Assembly: GCA_965206595.1 (NCBI GenBank)
Contig: OZ242214.1
Location: 96,001-160,000, forward strand
Reading direction: 5' to 3'
DNA: 64,000 nucleotides
DNA from: Candidatus Latescibacterota bacterium
GTDB taxonomy: Bacteria > Latescibacterota > UBA2968 > UBA8231
Made by a program: the position numbers and the translations under genes. Below the pieces are notes generated by a model. The model saw nothing but the letters and a program-made list of their open reading frames with translations. It had not been told where the DNA came from and ran no database searches. Position 1 is the first letter of the stretch. Every line of letters begins with the position of its first letter. This document shows positions 1-10,465 of the stretch, piece after piece.

Positions 1-1251
1 GCGTTGCGCCAAGATCCGATCCTGCGTCTGGCGGTCAGCGATCGCAAAGGGCAGGCGCCGTTGCGCAGCGGCGACGAAGACCGGCCGCAGGGACTGGCCA
101 GTCAGCCGACGCTGTCGCGCCTGCTCGAGCAAGCCTCGACTGCCTATAACCGCGAGGTGTTGGAGGAAGCCGTCCTGCGCAGCGCCCGGTCTCGTTGCCG
201 GCTGCTGGAAGGACGGATGAAATACGAGGAGTTGGCCGTCGACATGGATGCCCTGCCGATGCCGGCGCACGGGCACCAGGCGGGGGTCGAATACAACGGC
301 TACTTCCACGCCTCGGGGTACCATCCCCTGCTCCTCGGCTCGGCGCAGACGGGCGATTTCTTCGGTGCCGTGCTGCGGCCGGGCAACGTGCACGCCCATG
401 AGGGTGCCTCAGAGGCTCTCGGCAAGCGCTTGGACTGGATTCAGTCGCATCTGGCCCGGCGCCTCATCCTGCGCTTCGACGCGGCCTCGGTGAGCGGGTC
501 TTTCCTGAGTGAGCTGGAAGCGCGGGCCGACACCTCGTACGTGGCGCGCATCAAGAAGAATGCGCGCCTGGAGGAGCTGGCTCGTGCCTGGGTGGAAGGC
601 TATCAGCAGGAGCTGGCGCAGCACCCGGAAGAGCTGCGGGAAGAGGGTTTTCGCTGTCGCGAGCTGCGCTATCAAGCCAGGTCCTGGGCGCAGCCCCGGC
701 GGGTGGTGTTGGTCCTGGTCCCTTCCGAGACGGAAGAGCTGCCCATCGCCCGCCACTTCTTCCTGATCACCGACCAGAGTCCCCAGACGATGAGCGGCCG
801 CGACCTGGTCGCCTTTTATCGTCAGCGCGGCCTTTTCGAGCGCATGCTCGGCGAGTTGAGCTCCACCCTCCAGCCTCAGCTCTCCTCTACCACCCGTCGC
901 AAGCAACACTACCGGGGTCGAGAGCCGCGTCAGCGCACCCCGTCCCGGGATGCCTTCGCTGCCAACCAGGCGCTTCTGACCTTGAACCTGCTGGCCTACA
1001 ACCTGCTTCACCTGGGCCGCCAGGCCGCCGAACGCGCCGAGGCCCGACGCGGGCGGCCCCGCACATACGGACGCTCGACGACGGCCCTGAGCCTGGACAG
1101 TTTTCGACGGCGCTACCTGCGCCTGCCGTCCCGCGTCACCTTGCATGGGCGCAGGGTGGGCGTCATCCTGACCCAAGGGACGGCGGCTGCCTGGGATCGT
1201 CTGTGGAGATTTCTGGCCACGCTCAAACCGGTGGACGCGGCGATGGCGTAA
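1..1251 (+). CDS. IS1380-family DDE transposase (5' part outside the window)
   Basis: LASQPTLSRL, DMD..HGHQ.G..YNG, LRPGN, RFDAA and FYRQRG..E motifs; same protein as 26115-27647. Confidence 0.9.
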   Translation, partial: ALRQDPILRLAVSDRKGQAPLRSGDEDRPQGLASQPTLSRLLEQASTAYNREVLEEAVLRSARSRCRLLEGRMKYEELAVDMDALPMPAHGHQAGVEYNGYFHASGYHPLLLGSAQTGDFFGAVLRPGNVHAHEGASEALGKRLDWIQSHLARRLILRFDAASVSGSFLSELEARADTSYVARIKKNARLEELARAWVEGYQQELAQHPEELREEGFRCRELRYQARSWAQPRRVVLVLVPSETEELPIARHFFLITDQSPQTMSGRDLVAFYRQRGLFERMLGELSSTLQPQLSSTTRRKQHYRGREPRQRTPSRDAFAANQALLTLNLLAYNLLHLGRQAAERAEARRGRPRTYGRSTTALSLDSFRRRYLRLPSRVTLHGRRVGVILTQGTAAAWDRLWRFLATLKPVDAAMA

Positions 1252-1458
1252 GCGCAGGCCGGGTCGGTCGGGATGATGGGCTCGCAAAGGCAAGCGTCTT
1301 CGAGAAGGCGCGTACAATTTCAACAAGGTCGGTAGAGATAAGGAGACGGCTCTACCCAAAAAGCCGACTATAGAAGGGACGCAAGCCTCTGAGGCTAAGC
1401 AAAGGGGTCTCGGAAGCGCCTATGTCCGCTTATGCGCGGGTTGAATGAATAACAAAGG
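1..1458 (+). mobile_element. IS1380-family element, copy 1 (left end outside the window)
   Basis: Essentially identical to 26397-27854 (one synonymous T/C difference noticed, 405 vs 26801). Right IR ATGAATAACAAAGG at 1445-1458. Confidence 0.9.
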
Positions 1459-1905
1459 CTAAACTGTACTGCGAGCTCGGTCGAAGGACGGGCAAACGAT
1501 CCTCCGGGAGCTGCCGACCCTGGCGGTGCGCTGTCCGCCTTGACCGAGAGTCCAAAAAAGGTGCCTCATTTTTCCTATACTTTGGGTCCGGAAGGGGCGC
1601 CATTTCGGGCTGAGCCTCGGGTGTTTCACCCCCTGGTTCGATGTCTGGAGGCGGACGTACATAGCCGTGTGCATATGAAGGCAGCGATCTCACCAGCGCC
1701 ATCGAATGCTTGAGCAGGGATCGGCATGCCTGGTGTGGCGATTCCTGCAACCTGAAGAGCAATTGCCGGGAGGGTTTCGATGGTGTTGACAAATAAAAAT
1801 ACAGCATCCGGAGCATTAACGGATTCAGGGTCAACCTTAAAAATTTCGTAACCGTTCAGTTCCCTGGCAGATTGGGGCCGGGGGCGGAATGGTCGCAGGT
1901 TGGTA

Positions 1906-3414
1906 TTAGCGAATGGGGGAGTGAGTTGAAGGCAGCAGCGAGGGCGCCGGCTGCTGAGACACGGCCGCGTCACAGGCCATCCTGAGATAGTCGAGGACGT
2001 TGCGCTGTTGCTGGCGCAGGGTATCGCGCACCGTGAGCAGGCGCTCTCCAAAACGGCTGCCTTCGGCACTGTGAGTGCCGAAGCTGGTGTGACGCCACAA
2101 CACGCCATGGCGAAGGGCTCGTTCGGCGTCGTTGTTGGTCGGCTCGACGCCGGGCCGGCGTGCGAAGGTCCACAGGGCCGGCCCGAGGTCGAGGAGATTT
2201 CCGCAGGTGGCCGCCGTCTTGGCGTCGGCGAACCGCTGCCCATAGCACAAATGAAAACGAAAGCGCAGACACAAATCGTCGATATAGTCCTGGAAGCGGG
2301 CGCGGGACAGGGTGCCGTCGCGGACTTGATGCCACCAGGTAAACAGCTGCTCGCTGCGGTCCAACAGGTGGTGACCGACGCGCTCGGCCTCTCCGCCCCG
2401 GGCCACGAACTCCTCGAAGGCGCGCCGCAGATGCGCCCAGCACACTTGCCGGCGTCGCAACGGCAGATGCCCGTAGGCCGAATAGCGATCGGAGCCGACC
2501 ACCGCCGTGTTATCCGCACCCAGCATCTCATCGACCCCGTCGCGTCCCCGGCTGGGGCGAATGGAGAATACGGTGACGCCCTCGGTCACCGCGGTCCACA
2601 ACCAGGCCTTGGCGCGGCCCTGGCGCCAGCCGGTCTCGTCGACGTTGACGAGGCCCTGTCGGCGAACGAAGGCGCGTGCCTCCTCGACCGCACCCGCCAG
2701 GGCCGCGGCCACTTCCTGTTCCAGCCGGCTGACGGTACCCAGCGACACCTCGAGGCCGAAGGCGTCGGACAACAGCGCCCGGATGTTGCGCTTGCTCAGC
2801 CGGTAGGCCCCGGCCAGCAGGCCGACCCAGGCCTGCACGCTGGGACCGAAGGTGTGCCGCGATACGCCCTCGGGCCAACCGGAGGTGTGCCGCGATACGC
2901 CCTCGGGCCAACCGGCTGCGGTCAGGCGGTCGCAGTGAGCGCAGCGCAGGGTGTGCAGCTGATACTCGATGACCTCGGCCCGCAGCGGCGGGAGGACGAC
3001 TTCCTGGTGACGCTGCGGATGAGGATCGTCTCCCGTCAACCGGTGCCCGCATCCGTGGCAATGGCTGGGCTTGACCGGGATCCGTTCGTCCACCTGCTCC
3101 ACCGATACCCACGAGCGGCCGGGTCCTTCGTGCCCGGGCTGTCCGCCCGGCGAGCGCCCCGAGGATCGGCGTCGGGAGGTGTCGGTGCGCGGCGAGGAGG
3201 AAGCGCCCGATTGCGACGAGGCGGCCCGGGCACCGCGGCGGGAGCGCCCTTTGCGGCGGGCCAATTCCCGCTCCAGCTCCCCGATGCGCGCCGTCTGTTG
3301 TTCCACGATCTGCTCAAGCTGGACAATGCGCTGGCGCAGGTCGCCTTCGGAAATCGTACTCTCAGGAGGTCTCTTCATGGGGTCGCCGTATCCAGGGAAA
3401 TCTGCAACACACAA
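1906..3414 (-). CDS. IS66 transposase TnpC (start may be the internal MKRPP)
   Basis: GGQPGHEG, CxxC zinc fingers, VDETGW, SDRYSAY, QVCWAHLRR and TNNDAERALR motifs. Confidence 0.92.
   Translation of the reverse strand: MCVADFPGYGDPMKRPPESTISEGDLRQRIVQLEQIVEQQTARIGELERELARRKGRSRRGARAASSQSGASSSPRTDTSRRRSSGRSPGGQPGHEGPGRSWVSVEQVDERIPVKPSHCHGCGHRLTGDDPHPQRHQEVVLPPLRAEVIEYQLHTLRCAHCDRLTAAGWPEGVSRHTSGWPEGVSRHTFGPSVQAWVGLLAGAYRLSKRNIRALLSDAFGLEVSLGTVSRLEQEVAAALAGAVEEARAFVRRQGLVNVDETGWRQGRAKAWLWTAVTEGVTVFSIRPSRGRDGVDEMLGADNTAVVGSDRYSAYGHLPLRRRQVCWAHLRRAFEEFVARGGEAERVGHHLLDRSEQLFTWWHQVRDGTLSRARFQDYIDDLCLRFRFHLCYGQRFADAKTAATCGNLLDLGPALWTFARRPGVEPTNNDAERALRHGVLWRHTSFGTHSAEGSRFGERLLTVRDTLRQQQRNVLDYLRMACDAAVSQQPAPSLLPSTHSPIR
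2850..2915. repeat. Perfect 33-bp tandem duplication inside the IS66 transposase
   Basis: AGGTGTGCCGCGATACGCCCTCGGGCCAACCGG twice (2850-2882, 2883-2915), giving GWPEGVSRHT twice in the protein. Confidence 0.95.
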
Positions 3415-3502
3415 CCGATCCCGAAGATACCGACGAACCCGAAAACCCGCTTAGGTATTTCTTTATATGCTCAAACTACTGCAGGGGGGACTGAACGGTT
3501 AC

Positions 3503-4378
3503 TTCGCGAGGATGGAATCGGCCGTAGCCGTCCACACGAAAGGGTGTGCGTTGGCGTTCCATTTGCCGTGTAGCGTTCGATGCGCTCGATGAGCTCCGAC
3601 ACCTTGCGGAACGAATCGCGCCGAACCGCCTGGCGGGTAAGGATATTGAACCAGATCTCCACCTGATTGAGCCACGAAGCATAGGTGGGGGTGTAGTGAA
3701 CGTGAAATCGGGGACGCCGTGCCAGCCATCGCTTGACCTTGGCCTGCTTATGCGTGGCGTAGTTGTCGACGACGAGATGAATATCGAGGTCAGCGGGGAC
3801 GTGGGCCTCGATGTGGCGCAGGAACTGAAGGAACTCCTGGTGACGATGACGGGGCTTGCACTGGGTCATCACTTCCCCGGTGGCTACGTCCAAGGCGGCA
3901 AACAGGGTGGTGGTGCCATGGCGCTTGTAATCGTGCGTAATCCCTTCCACGTATCCCAGTCCCAGGGGCAGCATGGGCTGACTTCGTTCCAACGCCTGGA
4001 TCCGGCTCTTCTCGTCGACGCACAGCACCAGGGCGTGCTCGGGGGGATTCAGGTACAAGCCGACGATATCCCGTACTTTGTCGACAAAGAAAGGATCGGT
4101 GGAAAGCGTGAAGTGCTTGTGTCGATGGGGCTGCAAACCATATGCAAGCCCTGGAGCCCGTTTTCGAGAAAGCGCCGGCGCCACTTGCCGACCGTAGCAC
4201 GCGTCACACCCACGGCGGCGGCGACGGCTTCATTGGGCCCGCCTTCTGCGGCCAGCAGACTAATCTCGGCTCGCCGCACCAACCCGTGGGAAAGGCTCCG
4301 GGATTTGGCCATCGATTCCAATCGTTCCCGGTCCGACGGACTCAGCTCTAACGGCGGTAATGGACGCCCCGTAACCAT
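3503..4378 (-). pseudogene. IS630 transposase pseudogene
   Basis: N-terminal HTH (4378-4140) joined out of frame to [39 protein letters not shown]. Internal deletion near 4140 and a frameshift near 3570. Confidence 0.88.
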
Positions 4379-4461
4379 AGGTCTCTCCTTTCAGAAAGGG
4401 GATAAGAGAAACCTACGGCACTTTCAATTGTTTGTACAGTTAATTACACGACAGGACACTA
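3503..4461 (-). mobile_element. Degenerate IS630-family element, 3' end cut by IS66
   Basis: Left end TAGTGTCCTGTCG on the minus strand at a CTAG site; transposase spread over three frames. Confidence 0.82.
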
Positions 4462-4462
4462 G

Positions 4463-4602
4463 GTGAGCGTCACACGAGGGAGACGCTCATCCTCATGCCT
4501 CCCGACGTGGCAGGCCCCGTCGGCGCGGACAGGGCCAAGACGATGGTCATGCCGACCGGCCCCGAGACGGCGACCGTCGGAATCGACCAGTTCAAGTCCT
4601 AG
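4463..4602 (+). pseudogene. 3' remnant of an unidentified gene truncated by IS630
   Basis: Open frame ERHTRETLILMPPD..GIDQFKS* with genome-like codon usage, starting at the IS end. Confidence 0.4.
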
Positions 4603-4626
4603 CCACAGTCGTTGGGAGACGCCCGC

Positions 4627-5410
4627 ATGCAGGTACTAGACTACCACCGGTCCTACTTCATGTTCGAAATGGACTTCGAGGCATTCCCGCCGAAGACCGT
4701 CACCGACCGCAGGCAGAACCTCCACAATCGCGCGCGCATCAGGATCGACTGCCGGTGCACCGTCACAGATGAAGACGGCAGCCGCTACCACTTCTACCTG
4801 GGCGAGAGCTGCAAGACGGAGCGCGTCGGCGCCGACCGCGACCTAGGCATATTCACGCAGCCCAACGCCGACGTCCGTCCCGTCATGTCGGAGGAGGAGA
4901 CGCTGATCCTGAAGAGCTGGGAGCGCAACGACATGGGCGTCATGCTCACCCCGCCGAGCCTGGGGCCGCAGCCGGAGCGCCACGTCATCGCCACCCGCGA
5001 GGCATTCCACGGCCACCGGTTCATGCTCGCCTGCGCGGAGGGCGCCGTGCTGGACACCCCTTCGGCGGTCGTCGAGGCCGTCGACGCGGGCACGCCCCCT
5101 CGTGGCCCGCACCGCATTCACTTCGGGAGGGTACCGGGTCGAGCTGGAGCACCCGATCTTCACCATCAACGTCAGCGAGCGCTACGACTTCTTCCAGACC
5201 GACACCGGCCCCGTGCTCTACCCCGACCTGGAGAAGCCGTTCAGCGGCCTCGCCGACTCGCTCTACCTGGTGTACAGCGCCTTCAACGGGCCGGACTGGG
5301 TCGAGTTCATCGTCCAGCGGCGCACTCCCGTGGCGGAAGGCGTTACCGTCAGCCACTACTCCGAGTCCGTCACAATAGCCTCCACCAACACGATCATAGC
5401 CACTCCGTAG
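4627..5410 (+). pseudogene. Hypothetical protein with a single frameshift
   Basis: MQVLDY.. ORF continues in the 5102-5410 frame if one C is removed from the run at about 5095-5099 (GTPLVARTAF). Confidence 0.65.
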
Positions 5411-5490
5411 CCGACCCACAGTCCTCGTCAGCGTTACACAAGACGCGACGAAGCCGGTGGCAGGCACTTCGCCTGAGGCCGCGGTTGCGG

Positions 5491-5499
5491 TGCTATAAT
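5491..5499 (+). promoter_or_regulatory. Extended -10 sigma70-type promoter
   Basis: TGcTATAAT, followed by CCAGGAG and an ATG at 5535. Confidence 0.5.
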
Positions 5500-5766
5500 C
5501 GTATCCAAACCCGCTACTCATCCAGGAGACGGAAATGGTCGCTACGACGACGCGAGCGCTCACTTTGACCCCTGAAACGCGCCCAAATCCTTTACAACGG
5601 TGCGCGGAGCAGGCCCGAACGATTCGGTGCGACGACAAGCGATTCGTACTGAATCGCCCCGAGTATACCCCTGGCGCAGCACTGTTTCATTTGCCCGAGC
5701 CTGGTCCTTCGCGGAATGACTTGTCGATTCGTGGGTGGTATGCTCCGAAAAAGCTGGAGGTGCGCC

Positions 5767-6565
5767 ATGGGCATCGAACAGACGGTTACGCGCGTCAGGG
5801 AAGACGGATGGGCAGTCGTCCCCGGCATCATGCCGAGTGACGAGGTGGCTGGACTCAGAGAGAGCGTACTTGCGACCATCGAGAAAGCCGAAATCGGCGT
5901 CCCCTGAATGGAAGCGCCGCGTCGCGGGCAGCTTCTTCACCATCAACCAGTCGCTGGCGCCGTACGTGAGCGACCGGCGGATAGTGGGCGTCGCCGAGGC
6001 GCTGTGGGGCAGGCACGTCAAGATCACCGTGTCAACGCCCGTTGTGAGGCATCCGGGCAGCAATCCCCAGGGATGGCACTCCGACTGGCCGTTCAACCAG
6101 AAACACGCCGCCATCATCGAGGCGCCGTACCCCGACACGCCTATGCTGCTGACGGTGATCTTCATGCTCTCGCCCTTCACGCAGGAAAATGGCGGGACGT
6201 GGCTGGTGCCGGGAAGCCATCGAATCCCGAACAACTGGACCCCGGTCTACGGAGAAGACAACCTGTCCGCCCATCCGAGCCGCATCCAGGCGACCGGTGA
6301 CCCGGGCAGCGTACTGATATTCGACAGCCGGATGTGGCACGCTGTGCCCACCAACGGGACGAATGAGGTGCGTGCCGGCCTCACGGTCCGGTATGCGCCG
6401 TGGTGGCTGAACGTCAACGTACTTGTTCCCGGCACACCCGAGCGCGAGGACATGGTCGACGACGAGGGCAAGCCCGAAAGGAACCTCGTCTTCCCTATGC
6501 CGCAGGACGTGTACGACTCGCTGCCCGAAGCCGCCAAGCCGCTGCTGCACCACTGGGTGAGATAG
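5767..6565 (+). pseudogene. Phytanoyl-CoA dioxygenase (PhyH) family protein, frameshifted
   Basis: GGAGG RBS; EDGWAVVPG start; WHSD and distal WH iron ligands, NGGTWLVPGSH; frameshift at the C run near 5901-5904. Confidence 0.85.
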
Positions 6566-6820
6566 GAGGAGATATGACCGCAGGACGAACCGAATCGTTG
6601 CACATCACGCCGTCCCATCGCGCGCCGGTCGAGAGCCCCTGTTTCTGGTGCCTACGTTCCTCAGCCTGGCCATGGATCTGAGAGCCTGGATCGGCCGCGT
6701 CGGGAGGGCGATGTAGCGAACAGATGCGGCAGGAATTCCTTCGCAGCCTGCCCGTGGGATCGATGCGCCAAGTGGGCGATCGGAGGCGCCGACTCAGGCG
6801 ATATCGGGCTGCGGTTCAGC

Positions 6821-8088
6821 TCACCGATTGCGCTCCGCGCTCATGCCTCGCACCAGACTGAAGCCGAGCAGCAGCAGCACGACCGCGAAGGGCAGACCTG
6901 TGGTCACCACCGCCGTCTGCAATGCCAGCAGCCCCCCACCCATGAGCAGCACGGCGGCGACGACGCCCTCCATCGAAGCCCAGAACACCCTCTGGATCCG
7001 CGGCGGATCCAGAGGGCCGCCTGAGGTGATGATGTCTACGACGAGGGAGGCCGAATCCGAGGAGGTGACGAAGAAGGTGATGACGATGCACACCGCGAGC
7101 GTCACGGTGAGCGACGTCAGTGGATAGTGTTCGAGCAGCTGAAAGAGGGCAACCGCGACGTCTTCTTTCACAGCCGCGGCGATGCCGCCGGCGCCGAAGA
7201 GCTCGACGTGCAGTGCGGCATTCCCGAACACGGTCAGCCACACACAGGTGGCCAGGGTGGGTACGAGCAGGATGGCACCGACGAATTCGCGCACTGTGCG
7301 GCCGCGCGACACACGGGCGACAAAAATCCCGACAAAAGGAGACCAGGCGATCCACCAGGCCCAGTAGAAGAGGGTCCAGCCGTGCTGCCAGCCTGTTGCG
7401 GTAAGCCTCGGTCCAGAAGCTCAGCCGCGGCAGCTCCTGTATGTAGATGCCGAAGTTCTGCACGAGGGCATCGAGCAGGTAACGGGTGGGGCCGGCCGCC
7501 ATTACGAACAGCAGCAACAGACAGGCTATGATGACGTTGAGTTGACTCAGGCGCCGAATTCCCCGGTCGACGCCGAGGACCACGGAGATCGTCGCCATGG
7601 CCGTGATTCCGGCGATCAGACCCACCTGCACCGTCACGTTTTGCGGGATGTCGAAGAGGTAGGCGAACCCGGCGTTGACCTGTTGCGCACCCAGTCCCAG
7701 GGACATGGCCAGGCCGAAGATCGTCGCCAGCGTCGCCAGTATGTCGATCACGTCCCCGGCCAAACCGTGGATCCGCTGCCCCAAGAGCGGGTAGAAAGTG
7801 GCGCGCACCGTCAGCGGCAGGCCGTGATTGTAGGCGAAGTAGGCCAGGGCCAGCGCCATCAGACCGTAGAGTCCCCAGGCGTGAAATCCCCAGTGGAAGA
7901 AGGTGATGCCCATGGCCAGGCGGGCGGCCTCGGCGGTACGCGGCTCCCCCCACGGGGGGCTGCCGAAATGGTAGATAGGCTCGGCCACACTCCAGAACAT
8001 CAACCCTATGCCCATGCCGGCGCTGAACAGCATCGACAGCCAGCCCGGGCTTCGAGGGGTCTGCCAGCGAACCAGCGGTACCGCTCAT
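6821..8088 (-). pseudogene. BCCT-family (betaine/choline/carnitine) transporter with N-terminal deletion and frameshift
   Basis: WLSMLFSAGMGIGLMFWSVAEP, FHWGFHAW, SRGRTVREF and FFVTSSDS motifs. Frameshift near 7395; only about 14 codons precede the WLSMLF motif. Confidence 0.88.
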
Positions 8089-8850
8089 GACCGGCTCAAC
8101 TTGCGAAACGCGAAAATTCCCCAGACGAGGTAGCCCCTTTCTCCGCCCTCGACCCATCGCGCCAGACCCGCGCTTCATGTTACTCAGGTAGTCTTCGCTG
8201 ATCTGATCGCGCAGCTCGGACTCGCGTGTTTCCGTTTCGTCCAACACCTCTCCATAATGGCGTACGAGATGATGCGTGAGGTCGGTGAAACCGGTTTCCT
8301 CGAGAGGGTATTCCGTCGCCGTTCCCCGGTAGTAATCGGGAGAGGCTAAGCTGGTCAGGTGAATCCGCGCAAGGAGCGGATCGAGGACGCCCGGCGGGCA
8401 ATCGTCCGCCTGCATGATGTCGGTGAAGGCGAAAACTCCACCCGGCTTGAGCACGCGAACCGCTTCACCGACTGCCCGGTCGCGTCGGTCGCTGTGCAAC
8501 AGAGCGTCCTGTGAGAACACCGCATGGAAGCTGTTGTCGTCCGCCGGCACCGACTCGAAGCTGCCGTCGACGATCTCAACCCGGTCTGACAGCCCCTGCT
8601 CGGCGTTGAGTCCACGCGCCCGGGCGTTCTCCACCTCACTCAGGTTCAGCCCTACGACCCGGCACCCGTACATCCCGGCTACATACCGGGCCGTGCCGCC
8701 ATACCCGGAGCCCATGTCCAGCACGCGTGCCCAGTCGCCCAGCGGCTCCAGAGTGCGCGCCAGGCGTGCCGTTGCCCGACGACCCGCCTCGGCGATGCTG
8801 TCCCCTTCGCGATGATACATGCCGATGTGGATGTCCTCGCCACCCATCGT
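8085..8850 (-). pseudogene. Sarcosine/dimethylglycine N-methyltransferase-like SAM methyltransferase
   Basis: GGEDIHIGMY, VLDMGSGYGGTAR, SQDALLHS, RVLKPGG..FTD. An extra G near 8168 displaces the C-terminus (MKRGLARWVEGG..YLVWGIF..*). The native N-terminus appears replaced. Confidence 0.8.
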
Positions 8851-9210
8851 ACCTTGCCATTTCAGTCGCCAGACCTGGCGCGTGTAGAACCACGCGACGT
8901 TGTCCCGTTCATGCACGTCGGTGCGCTGTCTCCGCCCCGGGTGCATCAGGTGGTAGTTTAATGCCATTTCGTCGGAGATGATCCTCTCTTCATCCGGTTT
9001 CAAAACCGCCTCCTTCCTTCAATTTGCCCGTACCATTGTCCCGCATACAGGAATGATAGGGCCCTTATCCGATACTTTGTCAAGGCGCTCGGGGGCGGCG
9101 ATGAACGGGGGTTCGATGCCGAGCGGATGAGGTAGGCACCCGGATCAAAGGCGGCAGATCGAGCGGTGATCTCCTGCTCTCCAGGGGAACTCGATAACAG
9201 GAGGTACCTG

Positions 9211-9321
9211 ATGCCCAATCAATTGACCGACAGCCACATCGATGAGCTGGAAGAACGCGGTTACGTGATCGTTCACAACTTTGTGGACGAAGAGCACACT
9301 TGCGCTTTAGCGGGGGAGATA
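9211..9321 (+). pseudogene. 5' fragment of a PhyH-family gene
   Basis: AGGAGG RBS, then MPNQLTDSHIDELEERGYVIVHNF, after which similarity is lost. Confidence 0.55.
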
Positions 9322-9440
9322 CCACTGACGGGGGCGGCGGCCCGAACCTGGGAATTCCCCGAAGCGGGATTCCCTTGTCCGGGAAGGAGAAACCTCCCTT
9401 CATTCTTCCCATCCGCAGCAGGCACCAGGGGAGAACACGG

Positions 9441-10262
9441 ATGACGAACGAACAGAAGTATCTCTTCGATCTGAACGGCTTTCTGGTAGTTCCGGGAGTC
9501 CTGACCGCGGAGGAGTGCCGCAGGATGCGCGAGTTCATCGTGACCCTCAGGAACGATCCGGAATCGCTGCCCGACCACGAGTACTACGCTTCAATCGATC
9601 CCGATCCGACAACCCTCCACCTGGTGACCGGTCCCAGCTCGGAGCTCCTGGACCATCCCGTACTCGTCGACATCCTCGCAGAGGTCGTCGCCGGGGACGA
9701 GGCGGAACGGTCCTCCACGGCCGATGCCTACCCATTCCGTTTCGAGAGCACTTGGTACACCATCAAGCCGGCGGGGGAGCGCGGCGTGCCCCCGCACGGC
9801 GCCCCGCGCGTCGGGCCGCTGTTCGCCTACCTCTGCCGGAATCAGCGCATCTACAGCGGCATGGTACGCGTCGTGTGGGAGCTCAATCCGGTCGGGCCGG
9901 AGGATGAGGGCACGACGTTCGCGCCTGGTTCCCACAAGGCGAACTTCCCCACTCCGGACCACCTGCTCGAGCACGGGTCGGCGATAATGAAGTCCTACGA
10001 TTGTCCGGAGGGATCGCTGGTGATCTTCACCGAAGCCATGACGCACGCCGGAGGCCTGTGGCACAACCCCGACACGCCGAGAATGGCGATCCTGAACTCC
10101 TACTGCCCGATCACGGCGCAGTTTCATCGTTTCGACATGCCTCACGAGTTGATCGAGAAGCTGCCCCCCAAATGCCGGACGCTCTTCCGTGGCGTGTGGG
10201 GCACACGACGCTTTGCACCAACCGTCAACGACTTCTACGGTCCGGACAACGCGGCGCTCTGA
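9441..10262 (+). CDS. PhyH-family dioxygenase-like protein
   Basis: EQKYLFDLNGFLVVPGVL, PHG, PGSHKANF, FTEAMTH.G..W, R motifs; RBS GGGGAG. Confidence 0.85.
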   Translation: MTNEQKYLFDLNGFLVVPGVLTAEECRRMREFIVTLRNDPESLPDHEYYASIDPDPTTLHLVTGPSSELLDHPVLVDILAEVVAGDEAERSSTADAYPFRFESTWYTIKPAGERGVPPHGAPRVGPLFAYLCRNQRIYSGMVRVVWELNPVGPEDEGTTFAPGSHKANFPTPDHLLEHGSAIMKSYDCPEGSLVIFTEAMTHAGGLWHNPDTPRMAILNSYCPITAQFHRFDMPHELIEKLPPKCRTLFRGVWGTRRFAPTVNDFYGPDNAAL

Positions 10263-10465
10263 TCCAAGGGTTCGCCAGTCGTTATTCGGCCGCCACTGGC
10301 CGCAGGCAAGCTCCGTGTTCTTGACGAAGGCACACTCAGTTTCACACTCAATGCGCCGTGGTCCGACGGGATCGCGCATGGAGATATTCTGGAAGATGAT
10401 GATGAATATCTCCCGCTCCTTTTTTCATATCGAAGTGGCACCTCAGGTTAAAACAGGGGATACCC

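Larger units (their letters stand above)
1848..3502 (-). mobile_element. IS66-family element (single-ORF, ISBst12-like)
   Basis: Perfect 13-bp terminal IR GTAACCGTTCAGT at 1848-1860 and 3490-3502. The 8-bp flanks differ, so no TSD. Confidence 0.88.

Noticed and set aside
1459-1847. ORF 1430-1834 or another gene between IS1380 and IS66
   Set aside because: No recognisable motif in any frame; probably a remnant that I cannot assign.
7234-9003. 589-aa methyltransferase-transporter fusion ORF
   Set aside because: The extension is out-of-frame read-through over the BCCT gene caused by an extra G near 8168.
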